A stretch of DNA of 63,747 nucleotides, counting the filler. It is 11 parts of 11 records of this genome, joined end to end, with 100 filler letters (N's around TTAATTAATTAA, not from the genome) between each part and the next. Parts side by side here need not be neighbours in the genome. Positions count along the whole stretch, not along the records: positions 56,112 to 63,747 come from SRR7504441_4708; 10 more parts are not named here. One strand, written 5' to 3'. Positions 61,001 through 63,747 of the stretch are shown here, one piece after another. The first letter of the stretch is position 1; each line of letters begins with the position of its first letter. A model generated the notes under the pieces. The model did not search any database. It saw only the letters and a program-made list of their open reading frames with translations, and was not told the origin of the DNA. The position numbers and the translations under genes were made by a program.

Positions 61001-63613
61001 GAGAAGCAGCTCGGTGACTCACAGCTTGAGCTTTCTGCCACCAAAGTTGGGTACGACACCATGTCCAAGGAGCTTCAGAGCGCCGAGATGCGATACGAGC
61101 AGGCTCAGGAGCGACTTGACGAGCTGCTGCGGCATGAGAAGGAGCTCGAGCTGCAACTGCAGGACGTGGAACACTTGAAGGAGGAACGAGAGAAGCTGGT
61201 CGAGAGGCTCAAGGGTGACCAAGGAGATGAGCTCCGCCGTGTGTCCGAAGAGCGTGATCGCATGCAGCGTGAGTTCAATCTGGAAATGGAGCGTTCACGG
61301 GCAGACAAGGAGTTCTTCCGGTCTGAGATCTCATTCCACAAGAAGACTGTGGCTGGACTGACAGCTGAGAAGGAGATCATGATGAAGCAGGCCAAGCACG
61401 ACAAAGAAGTGTTGACGCAGGTCATCCAGGATCTCGAGAACCAGCTTGCAGAGTTTGCTCAGTCAAAGGCTGAAATCATGGAGCGTACCAAGGATGAGAT
61501 GGAGCGCCTCGAGACCAAGCTTGCAGAGCTTGAACAGCGCTTGCGACAGGCCCAGAAGGAGAAGGTTGACGATGAGATTGCTGCCAAGGAGGAAATTGAG
61601 CGTTTGAACGAACAGCTGCACTTGCTCGAGGATGCATACTACAAGGCTGATCGTGAGAAGCGACAGACCATTGAGCGCACACAGCGTGAGATGGAGGCCA
61701 TGAATGAGGAGCTCCGTGAGCTGGAGGGACAACTCACTGAGGCTGTTCTTGGTCGCGATGCTGCAATGACAGAGTCCAAAGAGTCGCTGTCATTCATCAT
61801 GCATGAACTGCGCACCCTGCGTGGGGAGCTGACTCAGACCAAGGCCGGTCGCGAGGAGGTGATGACCCAGGCCAAGGGCAAGCAGCTTGCACTGGTCCAG
61901 GCCAAGGCTGATATGGAGTTCCTCTCTACTGAGCTCAAGGATCTGATGAACCAGTTGGTCCGTGCTCGAGCTGAGAAGGAGGAGATCTGGTCTCAATCAC
62001 GACATGACAAGGAGACTCTTGGCACCATTCTCAAGGATGCTGAGAACCGTGTTGTTGAGGCCCAAATGGAGCGTGAGCGTGATGTGTCTGGCTCTACACG
62101 CCAATTGGAGACTCTCAAGACAGAATGCTTGGAGCTGGACAAGATGCTCAAGGCAGCTCAAGAGCGCGAGCGCGGCCTGCTCCAGCGGGTTCAGATGCTC
62201 GAGGGCCGTGTGGAGCTCTCAGAAGCTGATCGTGAGAGATACCTTGGTCTCGTCCGTGAGGGCTATGAGGCAGAGAAGGGCGAGGTTCAGACTCTCAAGG
62301 AGCTTCTCAACCAGGCTAAGGCCGAGAAGATGCAGGTCTGGCAGCAGGCCCGCGAGGACAAGGAGCTGCTTACACGCCAGGTCGAAGAGCTCCAAAATGT
62401 CATGACCACACTCAAGAAGGAGAAGGAAGAGCACTACCGCGAATCTCGCCGGGACAAGGAGGTCATGGAGCGCATCCTATCGGATCTGGAGAACTCGTTC
62501 ACAAGGATGCAGGAGGAGCGTGAGGACTCACTGCAACAGGCTAAGACAAGCACTGAGATGCTTTCCACAGAACTCTCGAAGCTGCACGATCAACTTGAGC
62601 AGACTCGCGGCGACCAGGATGAGACTGCTGCACAGGGGCACACAGATCGGGAGATGTTGGGACGGCTGGTCAAGGACCTGGAGGAGCAGCTCGGCTCAGC
62701 ATTGAAGGCCAAGCTGCAGGGTGACATGATGATCCAGGCACAGAAGGCATCGCACGACAAGGAGATGGACAGGCTGAATGCACAGCTGGACTCGTTCCGT
62801 GTTGAGTATGACGAGCTCAAGGATCAGACGCTCAAGGAGAAAGAAGTGCTTGGTCGCATGATCAAGGACATGGAGGAGCAGTGTGCAACCGCCATCCGCG
62901 AGAAGACCCACTTCGAATCTATGCTGGCACAGGCCACTGGAACCCAATCTGACATGGAGTTTGCTCGTGAGGAGTACAAGAGCATGCTGGCAGAGGTGAC
63001 GTCCGATAAGGATGCTGCAATTTCAATGCTTCGGGAGGAGAAGGACTTCCTTGCACAACAGCTTAAGTCCCTGACCGATGATGGTGAAGCATCAAGCGAG
63101 AGGCTCAAAGCAACAGAAGAGGAGGTGGCTCAGCTCAAGGCAACGCAGCTGCAGCTCGCTGATCTGCGTGCCGAGCACCAAGCGCTAGCACGTGACTATG
63201 CTGAAATGGAGTCGGAGCTCCAGGCAGCCAAGGCTAAGGTTGTATCCCTAGAAAGAGATCTTGCTGGTAGCTCTTCAGGCGGCCAAGAGGCAATGAACGA
63301 ACTGCGTTACCAACTAGTACATGCCAAGGCAGACAAAGAGGAGGTGATGGCGAAGGCAGAGCACGACAAGGCCAAGATGTATGGCATTCTTAAGGAACTC
63401 GAAGCACAGCTTCGTGAGGCCACAGGTGGGGAGCCAACTGCCAACATATCGAGAATGATGGGTGAGTTCACGGATACAATGGGTTCTGGGGCAAGCGGTA
63501 CACAAATGTCAGACGGCACGTTGTACGCAGCAATGAAGGAGTACGAGGACAAGCTAGCACAAGCACAGGCTGACAACGAAGCCTTGCGAGCACAGCTAGC
63601 AAGCAGACAATAG
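58049..63613 (+). CDS. RCC1-repeat beta-propeller fused to a very long coiled coil
   Basis: Spliced [20 protein letters not shown], then repeats ACGxxHT..TWG..GQLGHG. About 1300 aa of E/K/L-rich coiled coil follow. Introns confined to the 5' part. Confidence 0.88.
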
Positions 63614-63747
63614 GCCAGCATATGCATGCACGTGACGGCGATTAATGATGTGAAACTTACTGAATAGACCTTTAGAATAAAAACAGCTCGTAATATACTG
63701 AGTCTTGTATTAATTAAGGATAGTCATCAATCGTTCATTGAACGACA

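Noticed and set aside
1-63747. rRNA, tRNA, transposase, reverse transcriptase, viral or CRISPR features; exact taxonomic identity
   Set aside because: None recognisable by eye. Short ncRNAs could be missed without covariance-model search. The lineage cannot be named from this sequence without phylogeny.

Overview
This is not one locus. It is 11 short contigs joined by ten 100-nt artificial spacers (N-run + TTAATTAATTAA + N-run), so only within-contig neighbourhoods mean anything. The DNA is a compact, GC-rich eukaryotic nuclear genome, probably a protist. Genes are broken by very short spliceosomal introns (mostly 36-50 nt), so the ORF track fragments them; I rebuilt gene models by hand. Recognisable genes: AHCY/SAHH, PPDK, TFIIS, SmF, a PCGF/BMI1-like RING-RAWUL protein, a SWR1/PIE1-type remodeller, aprataxin, TMEM70-like, a GH65 hydrolase, and Kelch, FG-GAP, ankyrin, ARM, RCC1 and EF-hand proteins. 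Most notable: (1) PPDK ends in the peroxisomal signal SKL, suggesting glycosome-like compartmentation; (2) an AACGG (Myb-type) motif lies just upstream of most start codons, often in 60-150 nt bidirectional promoters; (3) mini-introns often use GC donors, lack a polypyrimidine tract and sometimes have complementary ends, and one AT-rich intron has a 7-nt flanking direct repeat; (4) an extended EF-hand module is shared by two unrelated proteins; (5) several unusual domain fusions and a 32-residue-period coiled coil. All calls are by eye; no database search was run.
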